64,000 nt of DNA from assembly GCA_951406725.2 (NCBI GenBank), contig OX597816.1, forward strand, positions 172,608,001 to 172,672,000, written 5' to 3'. Position numbers and translations under genes: made by a program. Source of the stretch: Octopus vulgaris (taxonomy: Eukaryota). This document shows positions 31,240 to 44,472 of the stretch, piece after piece; positions within the stretch are counted from its first letter, which is position 1; each line of letters starts with the position of its first letter. The notes beneath the pieces were generated by a model. The model had not been told where the DNA came from and ran no database searches. It saw nothing but the letters and a program-made list of their open reading frames with translations.

Positions 31240-31468
31240 TCAACAACGACCCCACGGCATTTTTTTATATACCACCTTAAGTTATTTTCTTCTGCTTCGA
31301 TACAGTCGTGGCAACTGATCAAAACTCTCCCGCCCTTTCTTGAGGACAAGTAGAGCCTATCGGTGTCACTCTTAGAGTGGAAGGCTCCGTGTATTGTCAA
31401 TATTTTTCTGGCTTTGGTATCCATTTTCATCACTTCTCTCTTTTGCCATTTTATAATTCCCGCTCCGA
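31240..31468 (-). mobile_element. R4/Dong-like LINE fragment
   Basis: MDTKARKILTIHGAFHSKSDTDRLYLSSRKGGR. Confidence 0.8.
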
Positions 31469-31613
31469 TTGAAAAAAATCGACCTTGTTTGTAAAATATT
31501 TTGGATCTATGTTTGCAACCCCCTAAGCAAATTTCGTTCCTACACTTATGGCAAAAGACACCAAGAAAAGTCTAGTAATGGACATTATTTATTGCATTGG
31601 GGAAATTGTGTAT

Positions 31614-31692
<79 letters not shown>

Positions 31693-32969
31693 TGTGTGTG
31701 CCCGCGTGCAGATGCCGAGTGGTAACTAAAAGATCAGCAAAGGCTACCTGGAAGGATTTGGTCAAGCAATTTTGGTCCAGGTGGCAAAGAATGGTGCAAT
31801 CAAAACAAAATTGAAATAGTATTGTGACCAGCGGTGTGTAAGAGCGTCTGATGGCCTGATCGATACTGTGATACTGTGATAAAATGTATGTAAATATGTA
31901 TGTGTATATGTTAATGAAAGTGTTGTCAGGTTTTCAGTGATTATACTGTTTAAATCGAATAACTACACAACCCGCTGATACTAAAGGAACTGGTTCGTAG
32001 TGTAAGTCAGAAGGTTTTTAATCGTCTTAATAAACGCAGCCATTTACAGCTCTTGGTCATGAAGTGTATTTAGAGTAAATCCTTTTATTGAAACCGCTCT
32101 CTCTCTCTCCATCTCTCTCCACCTTTCTCTCAATTTCTCTCCCTCTCCCTCTCTCAGTTACAGTCAAAGAATTAAGAGAGGACTTCAATGCTAAAGAACC
32201 CCACCCCCAAATAATAAAATAATAATCCAGAAAATCTGAAAAAATAAAAATACTTGTCAATTTTACAAGACTCCTACCGCTGAATAGGGTAGATTTACTG
32301 CACCTATATCTGCTGCTTATCTGCACATAATTCTGCTCATAATATGGCTAGTTAAACGGTCATAACGGTAATAAGATGCAATTGTAGATTCTATGGTCAG
32401 CATCCTGCAAAAGAAATAAAAGAATAAAGAACTCGGATTAAGAAGATACGCAGCTCTCAGCAGTTCATATATCTAAATTTCCGGTGAAGAAAGTTTGGTT
32501 GTACAACATAAATATTCTATCCGCATTATATTATGCCTTAATAGTATGAAAGATTTAATAAAAAAAGAGAAAAAACGGACTATTTATAGTATTACTGTTT
32601 GGTGAAGATTCCTACTCAACACATGTATTAAGAAATGACAAGTATAGAAAAAATCACATGATAAATCTAGATTCGATGAATTAAAGATATAAATCTTAAT
32701 ACCGACATTCTTTTTGTGGTCTTTTTTTGTATCGGTAATGAAAGGCATTTAAAGACAAAATATGTTCGATATTTTTCTTGACAAGTGAGAGACATATTTA
32801 GTGATATATATACATTTAGAAGAGAGGTGACCAAGAGAAGAGATATATAGGAGAGATGAGGAAGCTGATAGATCGATACTGAGATAAAGTGATGGGTAGA
32901 TGGACAGACAGACAGACGAAGGTAAGTAGATAGGTAGGTAGGTATGAAGTAGGTAAGTAGGTAGGTAGG

Positions 32970-33020
<51 letters not shown>

Positions 33021-33062
33021 GTATACATATACATATACATACATACATACATACATATATAC

Positions 33063-33153
<91 letters not shown>

Positions 33154-33182
33154 CAGACAGACAAACAGACAAACAGACAGAC

Positions 33183-33221
<39 letters not shown>

Positions 33222-33393
33222 ATTGTAGTTAGCTCTTTACACATTCAGGTTTTCGTGTATCTAGATAGCATGTTACCCATCTATTTATCTAATTGAATTG
33301 ATCGTCATCGACCTACTTACCTATCGACTTATCTGTCTGTCTAATTAGCTAGTTAGCTAGTCATGCAGATAGACAGCGAGAAGACAGACACAC

Positions 33394-33471
<78 letters not shown>

Positions 33472-33845
33472 ATAGAAATATTTTTTTTGAAGGCAAAGAA
33501 GAATAAATCGACAGCAAACAGTTAGGAAGGACGACTGAAAGACAGAAAGAAAAAAAAAGATGGCAACTAAAGTTTCGAAGTAAAGGATTTCGACCTGTTT
33601 CTCTTTTGTTATAACCGTTGCATTCTCTTTTGTTGCTTTCATTATCTTGAAAGAAAAGACATCATCGTAAACAACATTTCTGTTTCTAAAATTCACGCTG
33701 GTCACAACATACACATACACACAGATTCAACCAACAAATAAAGAATAATTTTAAAGGAAGGGGGGAAAGCGAAGCAAACATTTAGCAAAACAAAAACAAA
33801 ACAAAAACAAAATAGCATTCTGCTTTAAGATTTATTATTTTCCAG

Positions 33846-33890
33846 ATTGAAATATCCATAGAATTGCAGACGACACAAAATGGCTGCCAG
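33846..33890 (+). other. Candidate 45-nt symmetric exon
   Basis: Acceptor tttattattttccag| and donor CAG|gtagag; open phase-0 frame IEISIELQTTQNGCQ. No partner exon found. Confidence 0.2.
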
Positions 33891-34189
33891 GTAGAGTTAT
33901 TTGACGTGCCAAGTGTCGCCTGTGGAACTGTATATTAGTGAGGGCTTTCTCCCTTGCCTTGTCGATTTGGAAGAAGGTACATTATTGAAGATGGTGGTGT
34001 GGTCCGGATATATTGTTCGAATAAAATAGTAGCTATGAGCAATAAAGATTATCATTTTACTAGATGTCACTCGTATAGTGTGAGCAATAGTTGGAAGCGT
34101 GCAGAAAAAGGCTATCTGAGATTAAGAGAGCACTCTAGGGAGATGTATGCATGTACAAACGTATGTATGTATGTATGTATGTATGTATG

Positions 34190-34220
<31 letters not shown>

Positions 34221-34439
34221 GTGCGTGTGTATGTATGTATGTAGTGCGCGTGTATGTATGTAAGCATGTAAGTGTATCTGTGTCTGTGTGTGCATGCGTG
34301 TATGTATGTGTACTTTGTGAGCATGAATATTACTAAAAATATGTCTGTCTGTGTGTGCGTGCATGTGTGTCTATGCGTAGCTTGTGAGCATAAATATTAC
34401 TGTATGTATTTATGTGTCTATAAGAATGGATCTAGTTTC

Positions 34440-34662
<223 letters not shown>

Positions 34663-34709
34663 CGACCTGCTCACGTCGCTAAGAGCTAGTATATATACGC
34701 ATATTATTA

Positions 34710-35590
34710 GTTCGTCCGTCGTTATCGACGATGACCAAGTAAATCATATAAAAGAAGAAGCAGACGGGCACGGTGTGTCCGGCTGTGGCTAATCAAGCCA
34801 GTGCATGCTCGGAAGGATCTGCCGTAGGTCGGGCACTGGTACTCTGTTGGGACTGAAGGCAAGGAATAGGTTATGGACTTGTGTAGTTCGTATTTCCTCT
34901 GTGTTTCTTCAATCCTGTCCTGTTCGTAGGACGGTCTTGCGCTTGTGTTACGCAGTTGTTGAGGGTTGATCTCAAAGCTCATCAGTAAGGCTTTGAGTAT
35001 GTCCTTGAAGCACTTCTCTAGTCCACCTTGTATATGTTTGCCTTCGACAGTTCACAGTAAAACAGTCTGTTGGGGAGTTGCGTGCCAGACATTCGAACAA
35101 AGCGGCCTGCCTATCTCACATGCGTTTTCCTCAGCAATGTGTAAATGCTTGGCAGATCAGTTCGAAAGTGGGTTTCCGTTCCTTGCCAGGTTTTCAACAG
35201 CTTTCTCGGGAAGTTCATGTGGAAGCAGTTTAGCTTTTTGATGTGGCGTGCGTAAACCGTCCAAATCTCGCAGGCGTACAGTAGCGTAGGTAGCACAACT
35301 ACTTGGTATCCATTCAACTTAAAGGTCAGCCTAATGCCTCTGCCACACCAATTCAAGTGGCCACCCGCATATTGAGCTCCCTTGGCGATGAGTGCGTCGA
35401 CTTCATCGTCAATGTTCACAGATCTGGAGAGTGTGATGCCGAGGTACGTTGATTTATCAACAACCTTCAGGTTTTCTCTTCGTCAGCAACAGTTGATTCC
35501 ACATACGGATTTTTAGAAGTATGTTGGTACATGACCTCTGTTCCCTGAGCTCTGAATGTGAGGCCAAAGTTGTTGCTGGTAGTGGAAAAG
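34710..35590 (-). mobile_element. RTE-clade LINE 3' segment
   Basis: FSTTSNNFGLT..TEVMYQ, VVLPTLLYACEIWTVY, C-terminal YQCPTYGRSFRACTGLISHSRTH; 3' end gtcatcgtcgataacgacggacgaac. Confidence 0.9.
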
Positions 35591-35594
35591 CAGT

Positions 35595-36060
35595 GTGGCT
35601 TCATAGAGGGCCGTAGGACATGACCTTTGCAGCAATCCAACTTCAGAAGTGCCAGGAACAGAACAGAATAGACGACGTTTGTAGACCTAACTTAGACATT
35701 TGGACATCGTCAGTCGTAAGGGGCTTCGGAAGATGATAGAAAAGTTCGGCTGCCTGGACAAATTCCTCACCATGGTCTCGCTCGAGTACTGGAGAATGGA
35801 GATATTTCCGTTGCATTCTCATTCACTAACAGAACCTAGCAGAGCTGTGTAGTCATACCTACGTTATTCAGCATGATGTTCTCAACTATGTTGTCCGATA
35901 CCTTCTTCAACAACGACAAACCGGCATCAAATTAGATTCAGAACTGATGGCAGATTCTTCAATGTGCGGAAGCTATAGGCCAAGACCAAGGCGGAAGAAG
36001 ACTCAGTGCGCGACTTCCTGTTCGCAAACGACAGCGCATTAAACATCGCTACAGAGGCCC
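35595..36060 (+). mobile_element. Inverted upstream RT segment of the same RTE element
   Basis: TFVDLT, EKFGCLDKFLTMV, PTLFSMMFS, DFLFANDSAL (LFADD motif), on the strand opposite the 3' segment. Confidence 0.85.
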
Positions 36061-36086
36061 ATTCAACTTAACTTGAATGTGTTCTT

Positions 36087-36128
<42 letters not shown>

Positions 36129-36141
36129 CACGTGAGTGTTG

Positions 36142-36164
<23 letters not shown>

Positions 36165-36180
<16 letters not shown>

Positions 36181-36558
36181 TGAAGTTGTGTATCTGTCTC
36201 CTACGATTTAGATTCCTAACTACTCCCACATTTTGCGGTGCAGTTTAATCAAATTCGGGTATCTTATAGTCGTGATTCATATCGAGCCCTTCTGGGTATT
36301 AGCGCGCGTCTACGATGAGTCTACGATTTAAAAAAAATTTACCATCATTTTTTTCCATTTTAATGCATTTTTTCGCTATTATATAACGGAAGTAACTCTA
36401 AAAATGTCTACGATGAGTCAACGATTTAAAAAAAAATTTACCATAATTTTTTTTCCATTTTTAATGCATTTTTTTCTATTTTTTGGCTATTACTCTCTAA
36501 AAATGCTTACATAGTTATTTCCCTTACAAACCCGAGCAACGCCGGGCGATACTGCTAG
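36165..36558 (+). mobile_element. Non-autonomous Helitron
   Basis: 5' tatataaaagtgaagttgtg merging into (TA)n, 3' GC hairpin cccg..cggg (36531-36546), terminal CTAG followed by T. Internal ~98-bp tandem duplication (36308-36505). Confidence 0.85.
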
Positions 36559-36807
36559 TATATATATAAATATATATTAAAGTGGATGCTGTGTTTGAAC
36601 ACAGAATACTGCGTTTTCTACCATGAAAGAAACTCTCATGAACTTCTGCTTAAATCAAGGTAAATGCCAGTATTCTAGGTTCTAGCACGACATCCACTTT
36701 AAGTGGGAGATAGATATTAACTTTTCATACTAATACTGCTGCTATCCCTATTACGCGCGCGCACACACACTCATATACATATGTGTGTATGTGTGTGAGT
36801 GTGTGTG

Positions 36808-37960
36808 GCCAAATGAGGTCTATTTTCCAACACAGCCCGTTTGCGGTTCACACAATTTTTCCATCGGTGTTGCGGTGCTTGGATCTTATTAGAGAAGTTT
36901 TCATCCTATTGATAAAAACAAGTCATCAACAGTAGTTATGATCTCCTCACCACTACGATACTGATTCCCAGCCAAGTGTTTTTTTTTTATTTTGGGGAAC
37001 CCATGCAAGTCAAATGGGGCAAATCAGGAGAATAAGGAAGGTGATCAACCAGTTCAACGTCCCAATCGAGTACAGCAGTCATTGAAATCAAGGATTTGTG
37101 TGTGCTGGAGCTTTGTCCTGATGAAACAAGACCACTTCCGTCAAATTTCCTGAGTGTTTGGTCTTTATAGTCTTTCGTAACTGCTTCAAGAAGTTGCCAT
37201 TGTACTCTCCATTGATGGTGTGCCCTTCTGAAGATAGTCAATAAGCACAATGTCTTTTGCGTCCCCCAAAATTGAGGCTATCACTTCCCCTGCAGATGAA
37301 ACGGCCTTGGTCTTCTTTGGAACAGGTGAGTAAGAAAGTTTCCACTGCATGGATTGTTTCTTATTGTCTTGGGCTAGGAAACGTCCAAGGAAACCAGCTG
37401 GGTCTATCTGTAACAATGTCAGCCTTTTCTCGATGTGATCAGCCTTGTGCACTTTTGATCAAGTGTCTGAAGATGTGGCAACCTCCATGCAGAATATTCT
37501 AGCGTTGGATATTTGATGTATAGTCAATCTCCTGTTAACCATCGCCATGTGGTGAACACAATCAACGTTTTCCTCGGTGGTAGCAGTTGCAAGACGTCCA
37601 GACCTTGGATCATTTCCAAGACTTTTCCTTCTCTTCCTAAATTCAGCTGCCTACTTCTGCACTGTCAATAAAACGAGCATCATTTCCTAATGTAGCAACC
37701 AGGTCAGCATGAATGTCACTGAGGGCTAAATACTTTTCCTGCAGGTACTTGATAACGTCATGATGCCAAATTTCGTTCATTTTCAAGAGAAGTTGATATG
37801 GTTACATTTGAAGTCTTCTTAGAACATTGAGATGTCAGTTTACCTGGAAAGAAACCATGCAGTTATTAATAAGAAGGGTTGAAATTAATGCATGCAAGAT
37901 TTCACAGCTGAAACATCGCTCTTTCATAGCCAGCCTATGAACTCTTCAACCCACTCTTGG
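36808..37960 (-). mobile_element. Decayed mariner transposon
   Basis: KQSMQWK...PKK.KAVSSAGEVIAS, IVLIDYLQKG, ELVDHLPYSPDL. Confidence 0.85.
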
Positions 37961-39021
37961 TGTATGTGTGTGTGTGTGTGTGTGTGTGTTTTAAATTACG
38001 AGTTAAAGTAACGTTAGAAATGCAAACATTGACAATCGCACATACACGATGTATACGTTTTGTTTATTCCCCGAATTCGCTGCGGGATAGCGTTTGAGGA
38101 GAGACTCCCTGGTAACACTGGGTGTTAAAACATCTGCAAATTTATAGACCAGGCAAGACAACCTGCCTCAGATCAAAAGAAATGTATACCGTTATTTCGC
38201 CATTATTGTGACTTATCAACATCACTCACTTGGTTCGCACCGAGAACAAACTGAATCACCAATCTATGACTTATATGCAAATAGTGTGAAAACTATTGGA
38301 TGATGTGCAACGGTGATGCACATGTGTTAGTAAATTAAATTACGAATTAAAAACAAACACACACACACATATTTGAATCTCTCAAATGTAACAAACGGTG
38401 ACAAGCAGCACTGAATAACATCGGAGTACTTTGTTTCGTCCATTTTCTGTCTTATTACCTATGTTCCTGTGTTCATTCTTGCAGATATTCTACCTTGCAG
38501 ATCTAGTCCCAGAATGTTCCAGAAAAACCTTGAATTAGAGGACGAGAGGTACGACACAAAAAGGTAGGTTTAACAGTTGTTGAAAAAGAAAAGTGTCATG
38601 GAATCTTCCAGACTAATAACACCTGGGGTACATAAAAAAACCCCCCTTCAAATCAGAAAGGAACTATTTGAAATCAATGAATTTGGTAAAAGCACAACAG
38701 GCAGACACATCAGCTGCACCAAGTGTGTATAACTGATGAAATAACATTATGTTAGTATTATATGCCTAGATTAGCTTTATCAGCGAGAGTGGAATTAGGG
38801 AAAGCAGCATTTAACTAATGTAAGGAGGAAGAATACCCAAGCGCTAGCAAACGATTACGATACCAACATTAACAACAATAACATTACGATCCAACGAGTG
38901 AACCTCAAAGTTGTCGCTCACCTTTCTAGAAAAAGTAACTACATTTCCCTCAAACCACAGTTTACTATCTTAAAATATGAAAGATAAAAGTTCAATAATA
39001 GGCCCAGAAGTTTGTTTTCTA

Positions 39022-39389
39022 ACCTCGTGGTTCCTGGTTCAGTCCCTGCGTGACACTTTGGACAAGTAGTTTCTGCGAGGGCCCCCGGCCAACCAAAGGC
39101 TTGTTTGGGAATTTAGTAGACGGAAACTGAATGAAGCCCGTCGTTAGTGTGCATATATATGTATGTGTGTGTGTGCCCGCGCGTGTGTGTAAGTATGTCT
39201 GTGTCTTTATGTTTGTGTCTGTCCACATCACCATTTGACAGCCGGTATTGGTTACCCGCAACGTAGCGGCTCGGCAAAATGAGACTGGTAGAATAAATAG
39301 CCGGCATAAAAAAAAATAAGTCCTGGGATCGATTTGCTTTAGGCGGCACCCCAGCATGGCCGTAGCCCAATCCCTGAAACAAGTAAAAA
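39022..39389 (+). mobile_element. SINE family A diverged copy
   Basis: ggttcagtccctgcgtgacactttggacaagt...cagcatggccgtagccc..ctgaaacaagtaaaa. Confidence 0.8.
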
Positions 39390-39434
39390 AAATTGATGCA
39401 TTATCTGAAAATAGTAAAGGATAATCATGTGTTG

Positions 39435-39549
39435 TGTGACGGACCGGCGTCCCGTCCAGGTGGGGAACCTATACGCCAGTGAAACCGGGAAACCGGCCCT
39501 TATGAGCCAGGCATGGCTTCAGAAGGAACAAACAGCAACAACAACAGCA
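39435..39549 (+). mobile_element. 5'-truncated retroposon with V-SINE-like domain, (CAA)n tail and 12-bp TSD
   Basis: TSD aatcatgtgttg at 39423-39434 and 39550-39561; gacggaccggcgtcccgtccagg resembles the V-domain. Confidence 0.7.
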
Positions 39550-40384
39550 AATCATGTGTTGACCTCTTTGATCATAGGTCTGCACAACCAGGTTTAGCCT
39601 GGGGCTAAAGAACGATAGGCAACATCGTCAACATCATTACGGCCACTACTGCCATCGACAACACTACCACAACTATTTTCCATTATCTCTTCTTTCACCA
39701 TCATCACCTCCGCCATCACCACAATTACAACCGCGATCATCACCCCCGCCATCACCATGACAACCACCATTCCTCAACTCGTCTCCACCACTACCATTGC
39801 AGTTATCACTACATCACTATTAATATCACCTCCATCACCACCACCAGCTCCACCACCGACACCATCACTACAACCATTCCAGCGACGCCGCCGCCGCCGC
39901 CACCAGCAATATTAAACCAACAATGACAACAACTGTAGCACAAACAACAACACCAACAGCACGACTGCTGTAATAAACTATAAAGTCTATGGAACAATAT
40001 ATTTTCTCTAGTCATTGTCCAGAAAGACAGACAAAAAAACACAAAGATTAGACTTGTATGGCGGCCGATGTCTTAATTAAACTCTTGGGAAATTGAGTAA
40101 ATTGCTAGTGCTATGTTTGAAAATCTGTAGGATACAATTAAAGAATTAGACTGAAAATTGGTTGTGGTGGTGGTGGTGGTTGTGGTGGTTTCGGTAGTGG
40201 TGGCGGTAGCGGCATTGTTGAAATTCTGATAATGGGGATGATGGCTTGACGATGATGGAGATGATAAAAATTTAGGATGGTGATAATGATGCTGTAGATA
40301 ATGGCGGCGATGATTACCAACGATGATGACAGTGTACGTAATGATGATGATGATGATGATAATGATGATGATGATGACGATGAC

Positions 40385-40421
<37 letters not shown>

Positions 40422-40544
40422 TTGGTGGTGGTGGTAGTGGTGGTGGTGGTGGTGGTGGTGGTGTTGGTAGTGGTGGTGGTAGTGGTGGTGTGATGATGTG
40501 GTTGGTGACGACGACGATCGTTGAAGATAATGATAATGATAAGA

Positions 40545-40700
40545 GGGCTTAGTCTCAATTATTTAATCCACTCCTGTACTTGACTGGTACTTTATTTCAT
40601 CGACCCGCAAAAGATGATGGTCGAAATTGACTTCGGCGAGATATGGACTCAGAATATAAAGAGTCGGAAGAAATGCAACATGGCATTTTTCCAAAGCTTG
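40545..40700 (-). mobile_element. SINE family B diverged copy
   Basis: gactggtactttatttcatcgacccgcaaaagatgatggtcgaaattgacttcggc. Confidence 0.6.
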
Positions 40701-40751
40701 AAGAAGAAGAAGAAGAAGAAGAAGAAGAAGAAGAAGAAGAAGAAGAAGAAG

Positions 40752-40782
<31 letters not shown>

Positions 40783-40823
40783 GGAAGAAGAAGAAGAAGA
40801 AGTGGAAGAAGAAGAAGAAGTGG

Positions 40824-40854
<31 letters not shown>

Positions 40855-40895
40855 GGAAGAAGAAGAAGAAGAAGAAGAAGAAGTGGAAGAAGAAG

Positions 40896-40926
<31 letters not shown>

Positions 40927-40931
40927 GGAAG

Positions 40932-40962
<31 letters not shown>

Positions 40963-41003
40963 GGAAGAAGAAGAAGAAGAAGAAGAAGTGGAAGAAGAAG
41001 AAG

Positions 41004-41034
<31 letters not shown>

Positions 41035-41117
41035 GGAAGAAGAAGAAGAAGAAGAAGAAGAAGTGGAAGAAGAAGAAGAAGAAGAAGAAGTGGAAGAAGA
41101 AGAAGAAGAAGAAGAAG

Positions 41118-41148
<31 letters not shown>

Positions 41149-41273
41149 GAAAGAAGAAGTGGAAGAAGAAGAAGAAGAAGAAGAAGTGGAAGAAGAAGAA
41201 GAAGAAGAAGTGGAAGAAGAAGAAGAAGAAGAAGAAGAAGTGGAAGAAGAAGAAGAAGAAGTGGAAGAAGAAG

Positions 41274-41304
<31 letters not shown>

Positions 41305-41366
41305 GGAAGAAGAAGAAGTGGAAGAAGAAGAAGAAGAAGAAGAAGAAGAAGAGGAGGAGGAGGAGT
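40700..41366 (+). repeat. (GAA)n tract with periodic GTG interruptions
   Basis: Seen directly; ~670 bp, almost all purine. Confidence 0.95.
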
Positions 41367-41369
41367 TTT

Positions 41370-42110
41370 AGTTTTAAAGAAGTCAAAAGATTAAATCTTA
41401 TGGTATAAGGATAAAAGATATCATTAAATGGCTGTACGATAAAAGAAGAAAGAAGCATCAATGGGTGGTGTAGAGCAATAAGGGAATAGAAAGAAGAATG
41501 AGAAAGTCTCCAAAGAGAAGAAGGGTAGGCTTAGGTTGATGCTCCAAACAAAACGAAATGAAGAGAATGTTATCAAAGCAATGAATATATTGGCCATTGC
41601 CAAAATTATGATACTCTGCTCCTTTCTAAATTAGGCAAAGATAGATCTACAAGAATTAGATTGAAGAACTAAGACACCGCTCACCAGGTACCAACGAGTA
41701 TTATCCTAAACGTTATATAGACAGAATCTATCCTTCAAGAAAGAAAGGGATAAGGGGTTGTTAAACACAGAAGACACCATCAGTACCTCGATATTGGGTT
41801 TGGAAAACTATGTTACGCATAGTGAAATAATGAAAAAATGCCTGTAGCCAAAAATATGCAAAAATGCTACTGAAACAGTAAGAGAAATTAAAAACAGAAT
41901 GAATAACTACAAGGTGAAAAGCTAGAAAGAGAAAGAATTACATGACCAAATCATGCCGAGGATGTTAGAAGTGTTGAATGCTTGTTGGAACTGACAGAAG
42001 CTTGAAAAACGAGAAGTAAACCATTGATTATAACCACTCAAGAACAAGCCATTAGAACGAACTTGATGAAGATAATGATGGATAAAACTCCACGGAATCG
42101 AATGTATTAA
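41370..42110 (+). mobile_element. Highly decayed R4/Dong-like LINE fragment
   Basis: YYPKRYIDRIYPSRKKGIRGLLNTED and ITTQEQAIRTN resemble HP..D..RLY..RK.GGRGL and AAQEQA.RTN. Confidence 0.6.
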
Positions 42111-42619
42111 CCGTCTAAATGAATGCAGTTTAACTGTGACCACGGCGGAATATAGAGAGTCTGAACAACTACCACAGGACACTCTTCGGTAGTCTAACGA
42201 CTCTGCAACCTCGCGACCTTAAGATATAGTAATTAAAATCTTTTTATTTACTACAAGGGCTCTACGAGATACAATGAAATATGATGAAAGACGTGTGGGT
42301 ACGACAAAAACGCTATACAAAGATGGGAGAGGTGTTGAAGACATTATAGAACTAAAGAGGTTGCAAAATTTAAAAAAATTCTGTTTCTATTATTGAAAAA
42401 ACAATACAAAACCCCCAGTTATTTATATATATATATATAAGGATAAGTCGAGTAAATCGATACCCGCATATGGCTGGTACTTCATTTTGTCGGCTTTAAA
42501 ATGAGGACAGAGTTGGCCTCAGAAGAATTTGAACTCAGCATGTAAAGGACCGTAATGGTGTGTAGCAACGGTTCGAAACTTAAGCGATTTTTCATAATAA
42601 TGGATTCTGATGCTGGCTG

Positions 42620-43022
42620 AAGGCCAGCAATTTTAGGGGTAGGGTAAGTCGATTACATCGACCCCAGTGTTTTACTGGTACTTATTTTATCGACCCCGAA
42701 AGGATAAAAGAGAACGTTAAGACAAACGAAATACCTATTTCTTTACTACCCACAAGGGGCTAAACACAGAGAACACAAACAAGGACAGACAAACGGATTG
42801 AGTCGATTCCTTCGACCCCAGTGTGTAACTGGTACTTAATTTATCGACCCCGAAAAGATGAAAGGCAAAGTCGACCTCGGCAGAATTTGAACTCAGAACG
42901 TAGCGGCAGACGAAATACGGCTCCGCATTTCGCCCGGTGTGCTAACGTTTCTTCCAGCCCGCCGCCAAACGAAATACCGCTAAACATTTTGTCTGGTGTG
43001 CTACCGATTCTGCCGGTTCGCC
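42620..43022 (-). mobile_element. Nested SINE family B pair
   Basis: Inner copy 42736-42965 flanked by 13-bp direct repeat caaacgaaatacc (42723-42735, 42966-42978) inside an older copy. Confidence 0.8.
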
Positions 43023-43070
43023 TGTTGGAAGAATTCAGCGTCTGAAATCAAAATTGAAAATATCTATGAA

Positions 43071-43101
<31 letters not shown>

Positions 43102-43299
43102 GATGGTATGTGGTAGTGAGAAGCCATGGTGGTTACGTTGATGGTGATAAAAGCGTAGCTATTTATGATGGCACTCTTGCTGCTGCAGCTGCTGCTGTTG
43201 TTGCTGTTGTTGCTGTTGTTGTGGCTGCGGCTGATGATGATAATGATGCTGATGATACAGCCAGTTTCATTTTTTTGGAGTCGTCATCATCACATCATT

Positions 43300-43651
43300 T
43301 CTTTCTTCTTCTTCTTCTTCTTCTTCTTCTTCTTCTTCTTCTTCTTCTTCTTCTTCTTCTTCTTCTTCTTCTTCTTCTTCTTCTTCTTCTTCTTCTTCTC
43401 CTTCTTCTTCTTCTCCTTCTTCTTCTTCTTCTTCTTCTTCTTCTTCTTCTTCTTCTTCCACTTCTTCTCCTTCTTCTTCTTCTTCTTCTTCTTCTTCTTC
43501 TTCTTCTTCTCCTTCTTCCACTTCTTCTTCTTCCTCTTCCTCTTCTTCTTCTTCTTCTTCTTCTTCTTCTTCTTCTTCTTCTTCTTCTTCTTCTTCTTCT
43601 TCTTCTTCTTCTTCTTCTTCTCCTTCTTCCACTTCTTCTTCTTCCTCTTCC

Positions 43652-43682
<31 letters not shown>

Positions 43683-43684
43683 CC

Positions 43685-43715
<31 letters not shown>

Positions 43716-43752
43716 CTCCTTCTTCTTCTTCTTCTTCTTCTTCCTCTGCTTC

Positions 43753-43784
<32 letters not shown>

Positions 43785-43919
43785 CTTCCTTCTTCCACTT
43801 CTTCTTCTTCTTCTGCTTCTTCTTCTTCTTCTTCTTCTTCTTCTTCTTCTCCTTCTTCCACTTCTTCTTCTTCTTCTTCTTCTGCTTCTTCTTCTTCTAC
43901 TTTTTCTTCTCCTTCTTCC

Positions 43920-43950
<31 letters not shown>

Positions 43951-44472
43951 CTTCTTCTTCTTCTTCTTCTTCTTTCTCTTCTTCTTCTTCTTCTTCTTCT
44001 TCTTCTTCTTCTTCTTCATTTCCTTCTTCTCCTTCTTCTTCTTCTTCTTCTTCTTCTTCCTCTGCTTCTAACTTCTTCTTCTTCTTCTTCTTCCTCTACT
44101 TTTTCTTCTTCTTCTTCTCCTTCTCCTTCTTCCACTTCTTCTTCTCCTTCTTCTTCGTCTTCTGCTTTTTCTTCTTCTTCTTCTTCTTCTTCTTCTTCTT
44201 CTTCTTCTTCTTCTCCTTCTTTCACTTCTTCTTCTACTTCTTCTTCTACTTTTTCTTCTTCTTCTTCTTCTCTTTCTCCTTCTTCTTCTTCTTCTTCATT
44301 TCCTTCTTCTTCTTCTTCTTCTTCTTCTTCTTCTTCTTCTTCTTCTTCTCCTCCTCCCCCTCCCCCTTCTTCTTCTCCTCCTCCTCCTCCTCCTTCTTTT
44401 TTCTTCTTCTTCTTCTTCTTCTTCTTCTTCTTCTTCTTCCTCCTCCTCCTCCTCCTCCTCCTCCTCCTCCTC
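43300..44472 (+). repeat. (TTC)n tract with CAC/CTC interruptions
   Basis: Seen directly; ~1.17 kb pyrimidine-rich tract. Confidence 0.95.
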
